NCBI GenBank assembly: GCA_042562495.1
Contig: JBHPMC010000004.1
Coordinates: 405 to 64,404 of the forward strand
Direction of reading: 5' to 3'
Length of the DNA: 64,000 nucleotides
DNA from: Candidatus Margulisiibacteriota bacterium
GTDB lineage: Bacteria > Margulisbacteria > Termititenacia > CAZZFK01
Below, piece by piece: positions 10,047 to 18,085 of this stretch. How positions within the stretch are numbered: the first letter of the stretch is position 1; each line of letters starts with the position of its first letter. Below the pieces are notes generated by a model that was given only the letters and a program-made list of their open reading frames with translations, was not told the origin of the DNA and did not search any database. A program made the translations under genes and the position numbers.

Positions 10047-10075
10047 TTGTCTAAACTCGATCTTTTTATTAAAAT
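10047..10075 (+). promoter_or_regulatory. Candidate sigma70-type promoter for efp
   Basis: TTGTCT (10047-10052), a 17-nt spacer, then TAAAAT (10070-10075). An AGGAGA SD lies at 10095-10100. Confidence 0.4.
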
Positions 10076-10105
10076 CCATTTATATTTTATGAACAGGAGA
10101 AAAAT

Positions 10106-10663
10106 ATGTATGATGCCAGTGAATTAAGGAACGGACATTTTATCGAGGATAAAGGCAAGCTTTTACAAGTATTGAATTATCATCATAATAAAACCGCCCG
10201 TGGCAGTGCGGTCATCAAATTAAAGGTCAAAGATGTGGTCAATGGATCCATCACAGATTTATCGGCCCGCCCCGGAGATAAATTCAAACCAGGAGATATC
10301 TCCAGGAACAAATATCAATATCTGTACCATGAAGGTGAAGAATATCACTTTATGAATTTAAATGATTACAATCAGGTCATTCTTGGCAAAGATATTATTG
10401 GAGAAACAACTCATTTCCTTACTGAGAACCTGGAATGTTATATAGTCTTCTGGGGTGAAAAAGCTGTAGGCATAAGCTTGCCTACTTCTTTGAACATGAA
10501 GGTCGCCTATACTGAACCAGGGATAAAGGGCGATACAGTTTCTGGTGCTACAAAAATTGCCAAGCTGGAAACAGGCTATGAAGTAAAAGTACCTCTTTTT
10601 GTAAATACCGATGATCTCATTAAGGTAAACACTTCTTCGGGGGAATACCTAGAAAGAGCTTAA
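10106..10663 (+). CDS. efp: Translation elongation factor P, Arg32 variant
   Basis: 185 aa and aligns along its length with EF-P (for example GDTVSGATKIAKLETGYEVKVPLFV...SGEYLERA). The modification loop reads NKTARGSAVIKLK. Confidence 0.9.
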   Translation: MYDASELRNGHFIEDKGKLLQVLNYHHNKTARGSAVIKLKVKDVVNGSITDLSARPGDKFKPGDISRNKYQYLYHEGEEYHFMNLNDYNQVILGKDIIGETTHFLTENLECYIVFWGEKAVGISLPTSLNMKVAYTEPGIKGDTVSGATKIAKLETGYEVKVPLFVNTDDLIKVNTSSGEYLERA

Positions 10664-10666
10664 GCT

Positions 10667-10951
10667 TTATTTTCGTGCCTGATCAGAGATTTCCTGGTCC
10701 AGAGTAACAGTTGCACCCTTGCCTACCATTGGCATCTCTTCCGGAAATAACGGAGATACTTTTAAGATCACTGCAGAATATGGTTTGCCGTCACTTGCCA
10801 CCCATTGCAAATGATCATGAGGCAGAATAAGGCCAGAAAGGTCCTTAGCACTTATTTCATTCTTAAATTTAATAGCGCTGGGGCTTATAAATATTCCATG
10901 TAATTCACCGGCGATCAAACTTCCCGCTCTGCGCACATTGAATTTCAGCAT
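10667..10951 (-). CDS. Hypothetical protein (94 aa)
   Basis: Its start lies 1 nt after the stop of the upstream glycosyltransferase, so they are probably co-transcribed. No motif recognised. Confidence 0.5.
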   Translation of the reverse strand: MLKFNVRRAGSLIAGELHGIFISPSAIKFKNEISAKDLSGLILPHDHLQWVASDGKPYSAVILKVSPLFPEEMPMVGKGATVTLDQEISDQARK

Positions 10952-10952
10952 A

Positions 10953-12071
10953 TTAAACCTCTAACATATTCTGATATAACTCTTCTATTTTCGCAGTTTG
11001 TTTTATTAAGTCAAATCTGGACTCTGCTAATTTACGTCCATACTCAGCATAAATATTCCATAATTGTTTTTCATTGGACATCCTGTTGATCGCAGCAGAC
11101 AACCCTTCAATATCCCGCTCTGCGACCAAGATACCGTTCTTTTGATCATGTACTATTTCGGGTATGCCTGAATGGATAGAGGCAATTAGCGGCCTGCCTA
11201 TCGCTGCACTTTCGATAAGCACTGTCGGTAAACCTTCTTTATCTCCGCTTCCGGCCGTGACCGATGGTGAGATAAATATTTGTGCTTGCTCTATTTCTCT
11301 TAAATATGACTCATGCCGTAATGCACCCAAGAAATCAACCTTACTGCCGAACTCACTTTTGGTGACGATTTGTTTTAGTTCAGCTTCAAGTGGGCCACTA
11401 CCAATAACTTTCAGCCTGATTTTGGTATTTTTCCTGCAACTACGCAAAAAAGCTTTAATGCCGTATTTGAAGCCTTTTTTCTCAACAAAACGTCCGCACA
11501 TCAGGAATACAATTTCATCACCTTGCCTTGGCCGAGAAAATAGGTTCTCTTTTAGATTTGCTCCTCCGTAATGAACTATCGTTCGTTCATCAGGTGCCCC
11601 CAATTTGATAAGATCATTTCTCATACGTTCAGAACAAGCTAGAAAAAGCACACCCTGCTTGAACAACTTTTTTAATTGCCAACGGTAGACAGGATTCTTG
11701 GTGTGTTGATATACATCTAAGCCGTAAAAATTAACTATTATTTTCAACTTAGGATTCATTTTTTTGAACTGTAAAGCATATATACCGTTAAATCCGTAAT
11801 GAGCATGCAGGATCTCTATCTTTTTTTCTTTGATCGTCTGAGAAAAAAAAGCTTCTCTTCCAAAGACCCCCAGGAATTTTTCTCTGCTTTGAGCTTGTTG
11901 TTCAAGATCATCCAAAGAAAATATTGGATCATAAGGAAATTTGTCTTTATTGCGTTTTTGAAAACAAAGTATTGTCGGATGAAATTTCTGCATAAGACGT
12001 AGCGGTTCATAGATGAAAGTCTCAGAAATATCTAAAAATCGGCTGGTAAATTGAGCTACTTTATCCGACAT
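10953..12071 (-). CDS. GT4-family glycosyltransferase, paralog of 7454..8581
   Basis: The track ORF extends to 12167, but that extension overlaps msbA. The ATG at 12071 (MSDKVAQFTSRFLDISETFIY) lies 1 nt after the msbA stop and aligns with the paralog's N-terminus. Confidence 0.75.
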   Translation of the reverse strand: MSDKVAQFTSRFLDISETFIYEPLRLMQKFHPTILCFQKRNKDKFPYDPIFSLDDLEQQAQSREKFLGVFGREAFFSQTIKEKKIEILHAHYGFNGIYALQFKKMNPKLKIIVNFYGLDVYQHTKNPVYRWQLKKLFKQGVLFLACSERMRNDLIKLGAPDERTIVHYGGANLKENLFSRPRQGDEIVFLMCGRFVEKKGFKYGIKAFLRSCRKNTKIRLKVIGSGPLEAELKQIVTKSEFGSKVDFLGALRHESYLREIEQAQIFISPSVTAGSGDKEGLPTVLIESAAIGRPLIASIHSGIPEIVHDQKNGILVAERDIEGLSAAINRMSNEKQLWNIYAEYGRKLAESRFDLIKQTAKIEELYQNMLEV

Positions 12072-12072
12072 T

Positions 12073-13794
12073 TTAGGTACGAAATTGCAGATCGTATAAC
12101 TTCTTATAGATAGGGCTCTTTTTAAGCAATTCAGCATGCTTCCCAATATCAACGATCTTGCCTTCATCTAAAACCAGGATCCTATCTGCATGCATGATCG
12201 TAGATAAACGGTGCGCAATAACAAAGGTGGTCCTGTTCTGCATCAGATGCTCTAAAGCTTCTTGTACTAAACGTTCCGATTCAGTATCAAGAGAAGAAGT
12301 AGCCTCGTCTAAAATCAGGATACGAGGATTACGCAAAATAGCACGGGCTATTGAGATCCTTTGTTTTTGCCCACCTGATAGCCGTACACCTCTTTCCCCA
12401 ATTATCGTTCCGTATCCTGAGGGAAACATTGATATAAAATCGTGAGCATTTGCTGCTTGAGCAGCTGCCTCGATCTCGTCATTCTTTGCATTTTCTTTGC
12501 CATAAGCAATATTTTCTCGGATCGTTCCAGAGAACAAAATTGTTTCCTGGGTCACAATGGCCATTTGAGAACGTAATGATTTAAAGGTTACTTCCTGAAT
12601 ATTATGTCCGTCGATCAAAAGCTCACCATCGGTAATGTCGTAAAAACGAGGTATCAAATTTACCATAGTCGTTTTCCCGGTACCACTGGAACCTACCAAA
12701 GCAATAACTTCCCCAGGTTTAACTATGAGATTAATATCTTTTAAGACCTGGCCTTCTTTCTTCTCATAGAAAAAATTAACATCCTTGAACTCAACCTCGC
12801 CTGTGATCTTAGGTAGATCGTAAGCTTTGGGTTTTTCTTTTACTGTTGGCTCAGTATCCAGGACATGAAATACCCTTTCTAAAGCCGCCAATCCCTGCTG
12901 AGTACGAGTATAGACCTTACCCATACCTATAACTGGATCGATCAAAAGTATTATTCCCATAAAAAAGGATAAGAAATTCCCCACTGTCAGATTTCCTTTT
13001 ACTATTTCCATACCACCGATCCAGATCAAAATAAATATTGCCGAGATCTGCAGGAAGAACATCACAGGCTGTTGCAGAGCATAGAGATGGGTACTTTTCA
13101 TCGAAAAAGCAAAGGTCTTTTCATTCTCATCCGTATATCTTTTGATCTCTTTCTTCTCCATAGCAAAAGCTTTTACGATGCCAATTCCATAGATCACTTC
13201 TTGAAGTACGGAAATGACATCCGCTGTTTTACGCTGGGTATGCCTGCTTATCCTGCGCATAGCTGTGCCAAAACGCGAGATCAATCCGGCAAAAAATGGC
13301 AAAGTAAAAAAGGTGACTAATAATAATTTCCAATTAAGAAAAGCCAGATAAATAACTACACCTATAAATGTAATGATCTGCGGCACTATTTCAATAAAGT
13401 TGGAAACTATCATATTCTGTACGATCTGCAGATCATTGGAGCTGCGGCTGATGATCTCTCCGCTCTTCCACTTGGCAAAGAAATCCATAGATAATTTTTG
13501 TAGATGTTCAAAGATCCTGATCCTGATCTTCATTATTGCTCTCTGCCCTACCCAAGACATTTGGTAGATCTGCCCATATTGAGCAAAACAGCGAATTATC
13601 ACTAATAGAAATCCTTCGAAAATTCGAAAAGTAAAAAGGCCTATATCCCGACGTTCGATATCATAAGTCAGATCCCGGACTAAAGGCATAAAATAGATAT
13701 TGGCTACAGCGTAGAAAAAAACAGAAGTAAAAACAATGATTAACCGCTGCCAATAAGGTAATACAAATTTTATTAAACGTAACATCAACTTCAT
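12073..13794 (-). CDS. msbA: ABC transporter, fused permease/ATPase, MsbA-like lipid A/lipid exporter
   Basis: 573 aa with six N-terminal TM segments. Contains Walker A GSSGTGKTT, the signature LSGGQKQRISIARA and Walker B ILILDEATS. It sits in an LPS context. Confidence 0.7.
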   Translation of the reverse strand: MKLMLRLIKFVLPYWQRLIIVFTSVFFYAVANIYFMPLVRDLTYDIERRDIGLFTFRIFEGFLLVIIRCFAQYGQIYQMSWVGQRAIMKIRIRIFEHLQKLSMDFFAKWKSGEIISRSSNDLQIVQNMIVSNFIEIVPQIITFIGVVIYLAFLNWKLLLVTFFTLPFFAGLISRFGTAMRRISRHTQRKTADVISVLQEVIYGIGIVKAFAMEKKEIKRYTDENEKTFAFSMKSTHLYALQQPVMFFLQISAIFILIWIGGMEIVKGNLTVGNFLSFFMGIILLIDPVIGMGKVYTRTQQGLAALERVFHVLDTEPTVKEKPKAYDLPKITGEVEFKDVNFFYEKKEGQVLKDINLIVKPGEVIALVGSSGTGKTTMVNLIPRFYDITDGELLIDGHNIQEVTFKSLRSQMAIVTQETILFSGTIRENIAYGKENAKNDEIEAAAQAANAHDFISMFPSGYGTIIGERGVRLSGGQKQRISIARAILRNPRILILDEATSSLDTESERLVQEALEHLMQNRTTFVIAHRLSTIMHADRILVLDEGKIVDIGKHAELLKKSPIYKKLYDLQFRT

Positions 13795-14630
13795 TGCTTA
13801 AGTTCCTTTAAATACTCACGTACGCCCTCTTCCCAGCTGGGCAAAGGCTCCTGCCCTAGAGCAAGCCAATGTGCATTGCCCAGGACTGCATACTTGGGCC
13901 TAGGTGCAGGCCTTGGGAAATCTTCAGTACGACAAGGAATGATCTTTATATTATTCCCAGATAATTCGAAGACCTTCTTGGCCAGGCCATACCAAGAAGT
14001 CTCTCCCTGATTCGTCAAATGATAGATACCGTATTCCTTAATATCTAAAAATTTTACCAGAGCCCTGGCTAAATGCCGAGTATACGTAGGCGTACCTTTT
14101 TGATCATCCACAACTTTTAATTCTGGAGTTTCTTTTGCTTTTTTTAATATTGTGTCAATAAAATTCAGCCCATGCTGACCATATAGCCACGCAGTTCGTA
14201 CAATAAAATATTTCTGGCAGTGTCTCTGGACTGCTTGTTCTCCTGCCAATTTAGACCTGGCGTAGACACCGGCTTCTATATTTGGCTTGTCTGTCTCTGC
14301 CCAAGGTTTAGTTTTTTTGCCATTCGAAAACACATAATCTGTACTGATATACAACAAAGGTATACCTAATTTCTTGCAGACCAAAGCAATATTCTCTGTG
14401 CCATGCTCATTTATATCGAACACCTTTTTTTCTGCCAGCTCTGCGCCATCGACATCCGTAAAAGCTGCAAAATGAAAAACAAAATCCGCCTTTGCTAAAC
14501 CTTTTTCTACAGCTTTTTTATCCGTGATATCTACTTCCGGAAGATCGATCGAAATTAGTTCATGTTCTTTTAATAAAGGTATAAGTGCTGAGGCTAACAT
14601 ACCCTTAGCACCGGTAATCGCCACTTTCAT
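13791..14630 (-). CDS. rfbD: dTDP-4-dehydrorhamnose reductase
   Basis: 279 aa. RmlD-like layout: MKVAITGAKGMLASAL, STDYVF, YARSKLAGE. Confidence 0.75.
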   Translation of the reverse strand: MKVAITGAKGMLASALIPLLKEHELISIDLPEVDITDKKAVEKGLAKADFVFHFAAFTDVDGAELAEKKVFDINEHGTENIALVCKKLGIPLLYISTDYVFSNGKKTKPWAETDKPNIEAGVYARSKLAGEQAVQRHCQKYFIVRTAWLYGQHGLNFIDTILKKAKETPELKVVDDQKGTPTYTRHLARALVKFLDIKEYGIYHLTNQGETSWYGLAKKVFELSGNNIKIIPCRTEDFPRPAPRPKYAVLGNAHWLALGQEPLPSWEEGVREYLKELKQ

Positions 14631-15721
14631 TATATTGCTTTTCCAATCCTTTCAACTATTTTCTGTGCTGCTCCGCCTTTTCCAATAGAAAATCTTAATT
14701 GCCCTGATATTCTGTTGCGCCAGCCTACATCCTGCAATAATTCATAAGCCTTTTTTACGACATCATCTGCTTTAAAATAACCTTTCATTTCGGGTGTTAT
14801 CTCCGTTTTAGAGACAATATTGGGAATTGCCACATGACCCAACCGAAAAGAAGCCAATCTTAAAGCCAACCACTTAATGAATTTACTGATTATTGGCACT
14901 TTATCCAACAAACCTAATAAGCCCATTAAAGGAATAAGATCTGGCCTATGAAAGGGGAATAATACAAGCATTGGGATTCCTTGTACAGCATAAAGCGCGG
15001 TATTAGTCCCTAATAAGGTCAGAATAAGGTCTAGATCATGACAATCTGTGATCTGTGGGAATTCAGCAAGCTCTTCTGAAAATTTATCGTTTACAAATTC
15101 TTTTAAATGAAAAGGTATTCCCCAGCAAAAATTGATGTTCGGAACTTTGGTCTTTAATTTTTTTGCGATCTCCATTAGTAGCGGGATCATATACTCTACA
15201 TAACCAGGCCGGCTTCCCGGGAACAAACCAACAGATAATTTAGGATCTCCCAGAGCATGCCCACCATAATTTATTTTCCCCTCCGCGGCATCTACCATAA
15301 GATTCCCCACAGTTTTAGGAGTGAATACTTCTTTGAATTTTGCTGCCCAACGAACTTTCTTTTCAAAGTAGGCAAAAGCCGGATATTTGAAGCGATTTTT
15401 TAAAAGAATTGCATGGAAGGGATCTCCTCCAAGAAAAATGATCGCTCCTTTGGGTGCTAAATGAAATTGCTCTAGTGCTTTTTTTTGAAAAACCAATTCT
15501 CTATATTTTTTGGGAGAAATTATCCTATCCAGCTCAGCTATCTTTTGGGCCATCGGGATCTCATAACCACTGGCAAATTGACAAGGCAATATTATCAATG
15601 TGATCCTCGCTTGTGGATATTGTCGTTTTATTTCTTTTGCCATAGGCTTTATCTGTGCAGATATCTCTCCTGGCCCATTTGCGGTAAGCACCCAATCCAT
15701 AGTTACATTGTTCTCCAGCAT
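14630..15721 (-). CDS. lpxB: Lipid-A-disaccharide synthase
   Basis: 363 aa. GLFPGSRPGYVEYMIP parallels the E. coli LpxB LLPGSRGAEVE block. LGTNTALYAVQGIPMLV and VAIPNIVSKTEITPE parallel its C-terminal blocks. Confidence 0.7.
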   Translation of the reverse strand: MLENNVTMDWVLTANGPGEISAQIKPMAKEIKRQYPQARITLIILPCQFASGYEIPMAQKIAELDRIISPKKYRELVFQKKALEQFHLAPKGAIIFLGGDPFHAILLKNRFKYPAFAYFEKKVRWAAKFKEVFTPKTVGNLMVDAAEGKINYGGHALGDPKLSVGLFPGSRPGYVEYMIPLLMEIAKKLKTKVPNINFCWGIPFHLKEFVNDKFSEELAEFPQITDCHDLDLILTLLGTNTALYAVQGIPMLVLFPFHRPDLIPLMGLLGLLDKVPIISKFIKWLALRLASFRLGHVAIPNIVSKTEITPEMKGYFKADDVVKKAYELLQDVGWRNRISGQLRFSIGKGGAAQKIVERIGKAI

Positions 15722-15736
15722 TGCTATAAACCTTCT

Positions 15737-17317
15737 TTAATTTATTTCTTTTCTTAATCTTGTTAATTTTCTTTTCTTATAATAGCTCTTCTTGTAAACT
15801 ACCCATTGGTAGCTTAAGGTGAAAATGAATATCCAGGATAAATATACCAGCACATCTCCAAAACGGGTATAAACAGTTTGCTTATCATTAAAAAATACTT
15901 CTTCGGTGATCCATTGCTGTTTTTCAATATCTGATCTTCTTATGATCCTACCAAAAGGATCTACCAAGGCACTATATCCGGTATTTGCTACCTGTATTAA
16001 ATAACGTCGATTCTCCACAGCTCGCAGAACAGACATTGATAAATGCTCTTCTAGCCCTGCTGTGCGTTTGAACCAAGCATCATTGGTCAAAACAACTATC
16101 AACTGCCCCCCTCTCTGAACAGGCGTTCTAAGTAAGCGGGGCAAGATGGATTCAAAACAAATAGCACAAGCTATCTTTTCCCACGGAGTGTTCAGTACCT
16201 GCCTTCTCCCTCCCGCACTATAATCTTGTTCAAAAAAATCGGTTCCTTTTAAGAACGGATATAATATTTTTTTGAAGGGAAGGTATTCTCCAAATGGCAC
16301 TAAATGTCTTTTATGATAAAAAGATCTTTCCTGGCCTTGCTTGTCTATCAAGACCATAGAATTGTATATTTTGCCTTTTGCTATGGTCGGTGTGCCTAAG
16401 AGAACATTGGTGCGTGCAGCTTCTTTTAATCTAAATATAAAATAACGGTCTCTCATTAATAATTCGGGAACGATGGTCTCTGGCAGCAAGATCAGGTCGA
16501 CCTTCTGCAACTTCGAATATCTCTTTATTTCTTGTATGAACATATCCTTTAATCCAGGAAAATATTTTCTGGAAAGCTTTTTTTCTTGAGGAACATTTGG
16601 CTGAAAGATCGCGACCTTGAGCTTTTGTTTTCCGGTAGCTTGTTTATTATTTAGAGCATAAAAACCATAAAGAACGGTAAGTGTTATTAAGACAGCAGCT
16701 GCACTACTCGCTTTTAAGCCGGGCTGCCAACGTTTGGCCTGTGCTTTGCTGTCAAATAAAGCAAGATATAATATATAAGCCAAGATCATATTGATCAGCA
16801 CTATAATAAAACTTATACCGTAAGCCCCTATCCAGGCACTGATCTGTATCAAGGGCAATACTTGGTACTGCGAATAAACCAAGCCACCCGTAGATACGCC
16901 AAAAGGCCCTTGGGCTCGCAGCCATTCAATGACCAGCCACAATGCAGGCGCCATTATTATTATTAAATATTCACGCCAAGATTTGTTTGCCTGCATCTTT
17001 AACCAATTCAGGAGAAAATAAAAGCTTAAGCCGAACAAGGCAATGAAGATCGATTGAAATAATACTAAAGAGATCCAGGCCAGCGATCCAAAGGTAGGCC
17101 CCACCCAATACTTGATAACTTTTAGCCAGCTGAACACACCGCCAAAATACAACAATCCGGCCAGCCAGCCACAGAGCAATGCTTGCCACCAGCGTTTAGC
17201 AATAAATATACCTAACAATAACGGTACTAAAGCGATCCAGATCAGCCAATATAGATTGTACTCTGGGAAACAGAGCATAAGTAATAAACCGGAGATGATC
17301 GCTAAGAAAAAACTCAT
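15737..17317 (-). CDS. lnt: Apolipoprotein N-acyltransferase
   Basis: 526 aa. It has a polytopic N-terminus followed by a CN-hydrolase domain (LLPE..., CAICFES catalytic Cys). Its start overlaps the upstream lipoprotein stop (ATGA). Confidence 0.85.
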   Translation of the reverse strand: MSFFLAIISGLLLMLCFPEYNLYWLIWIALVPLLLGIFIAKRWWQALLCGWLAGLLYFGGVFSWLKVIKYWVGPTFGSLAWISLVLFQSIFIALFGLSFYFLLNWLKMQANKSWREYLIIIMAPALWLVIEWLRAQGPFGVSTGGLVYSQYQVLPLIQISAWIGAYGISFIIVLINMILAYILYLALFDSKAQAKRWQPGLKASSAAAVLITLTVLYGFYALNNKQATGKQKLKVAIFQPNVPQEKKLSRKYFPGLKDMFIQEIKRYSKLQKVDLILLPETIVPELLMRDRYFIFRLKEAARTNVLLGTPTIAKGKIYNSMVLIDKQGQERSFYHKRHLVPFGEYLPFKKILYPFLKGTDFFEQDYSAGGRRQVLNTPWEKIACAICFESILPRLLRTPVQRGGQLIVVLTNDAWFKRTAGLEEHLSMSVLRAVENRRYLIQVANTGYSALVDPFGRIIRRSDIEKQQWITEEVFFNDKQTVYTRFGDVLVYLSWIFIFTLSYQWVVYKKSYYKKRKLTRLRKEIN

Positions 17318-18027
17318 TTGATCATCACTGTCCAGCGGATGATATCTGCCCCTGCAGGTTTTAATGTATCATCTGAAGAATCATATTCACTGACCTGGGC
17401 ACCAGATTGATTTTTTATACTAGGTTCTGACTCCAGATAATCGTACATCAAACCGCCCTTAGCGCTGGGCGCTACCACATCTGCAACTACAAAATTGAAA
17501 TAGATCTGACCATTATTAGCTGCTGTTGCTACCCCGCTTTTTAAAGAATTTATACTGAACTTCACTTGTAAAACATCTCCTGCCGTAGAATCTTGCACGT
17601 TCCAGGGCGTGGTATCTACGTAAGTCGCATGTTCGGTTGGCGTAGCAGATGTAGGATAAAAACCTTGAGGAATTACTATCGTATAATTATTATTCTTTCC
17701 CTGAGTAACATCTATCCAGGTATGAAAATAATTGGCATAGTAATAATCGATATCATCCCCCGGATTGCCTGTGAAATTCTGGATATCAGCTGGATCATAA
17801 TCTTCTCCAGGCCTTACGATAAAAGGATTGGGCAAATTAATATTAGGCAGTTTTATTCCTGATACAGTAGAAAAGATCATATAATATTTATACAAGGTCG
17901 TATCGACCGTGCCGCGACAATATATAGTTACTGTCATCTCAGTTGGTGCCAGCTCTTTTTTTATGACCTCTTCAGCGCAACCTGCCAGAAAAATGGTCAA
18001 CAACAATAAAAATAAGATCTTTTTCAT
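17314..18027 (-). CDS. Lipoprotein of unknown function
   Basis: 237 aa. Has a signal peptide with the lipobox MKKILFLLLLTIFLAGC. Located between lptD and lnt. Confidence 0.8.
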   Translation of the reverse strand: MKKILFLLLLTIFLAGCAEEVIKKELAPTEMTVTIYCRGTVDTTLYKYYMIFSTVSGIKLPNINLPNPFIVRPGEDYDPADIQNFTGNPGDDIDYYYANYFHTWIDVTQGKNNNYTIVIPQGFYPTSATPTEHATYVDTTPWNVQDSTAGDVLQVKFSINSLKSGVATAANNGQIYFNFVVADVVAPSAKGGLMYDYLESEPSIKNQSGAQVSEYDSSDDTLKPAGADIIRWTVMIK

Positions 18028-18046
18028 AACTTTCCTTTCTTAAATT

Positions 18047-18074
18047 GTTGCATGCTTAGTTAGCAACATGCAAC
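18047..18074 (-). other. Intercistronic 8-bp hairpin between lptD and the lipoprotein gene
   Basis: GTTGCATG (18047-18054) pairs with CATGCAAC (18067-18074), leaving a 12-nt loop. No T-run follows, and an SD-like aaggaaag follows on the coding strand. Confidence 0.3.
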
Positions 18075-18085
18075 ATACTAACCGC

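Noticed and set aside
12072-12167. 5' extension of the glycosyltransferase ORF (track start 12167)
   Set aside because: The extension overlaps the 3' end of msbA. The internal ATG at 12071 lies 1 nt after the msbA stop and aligns with the paralog's N-terminus.
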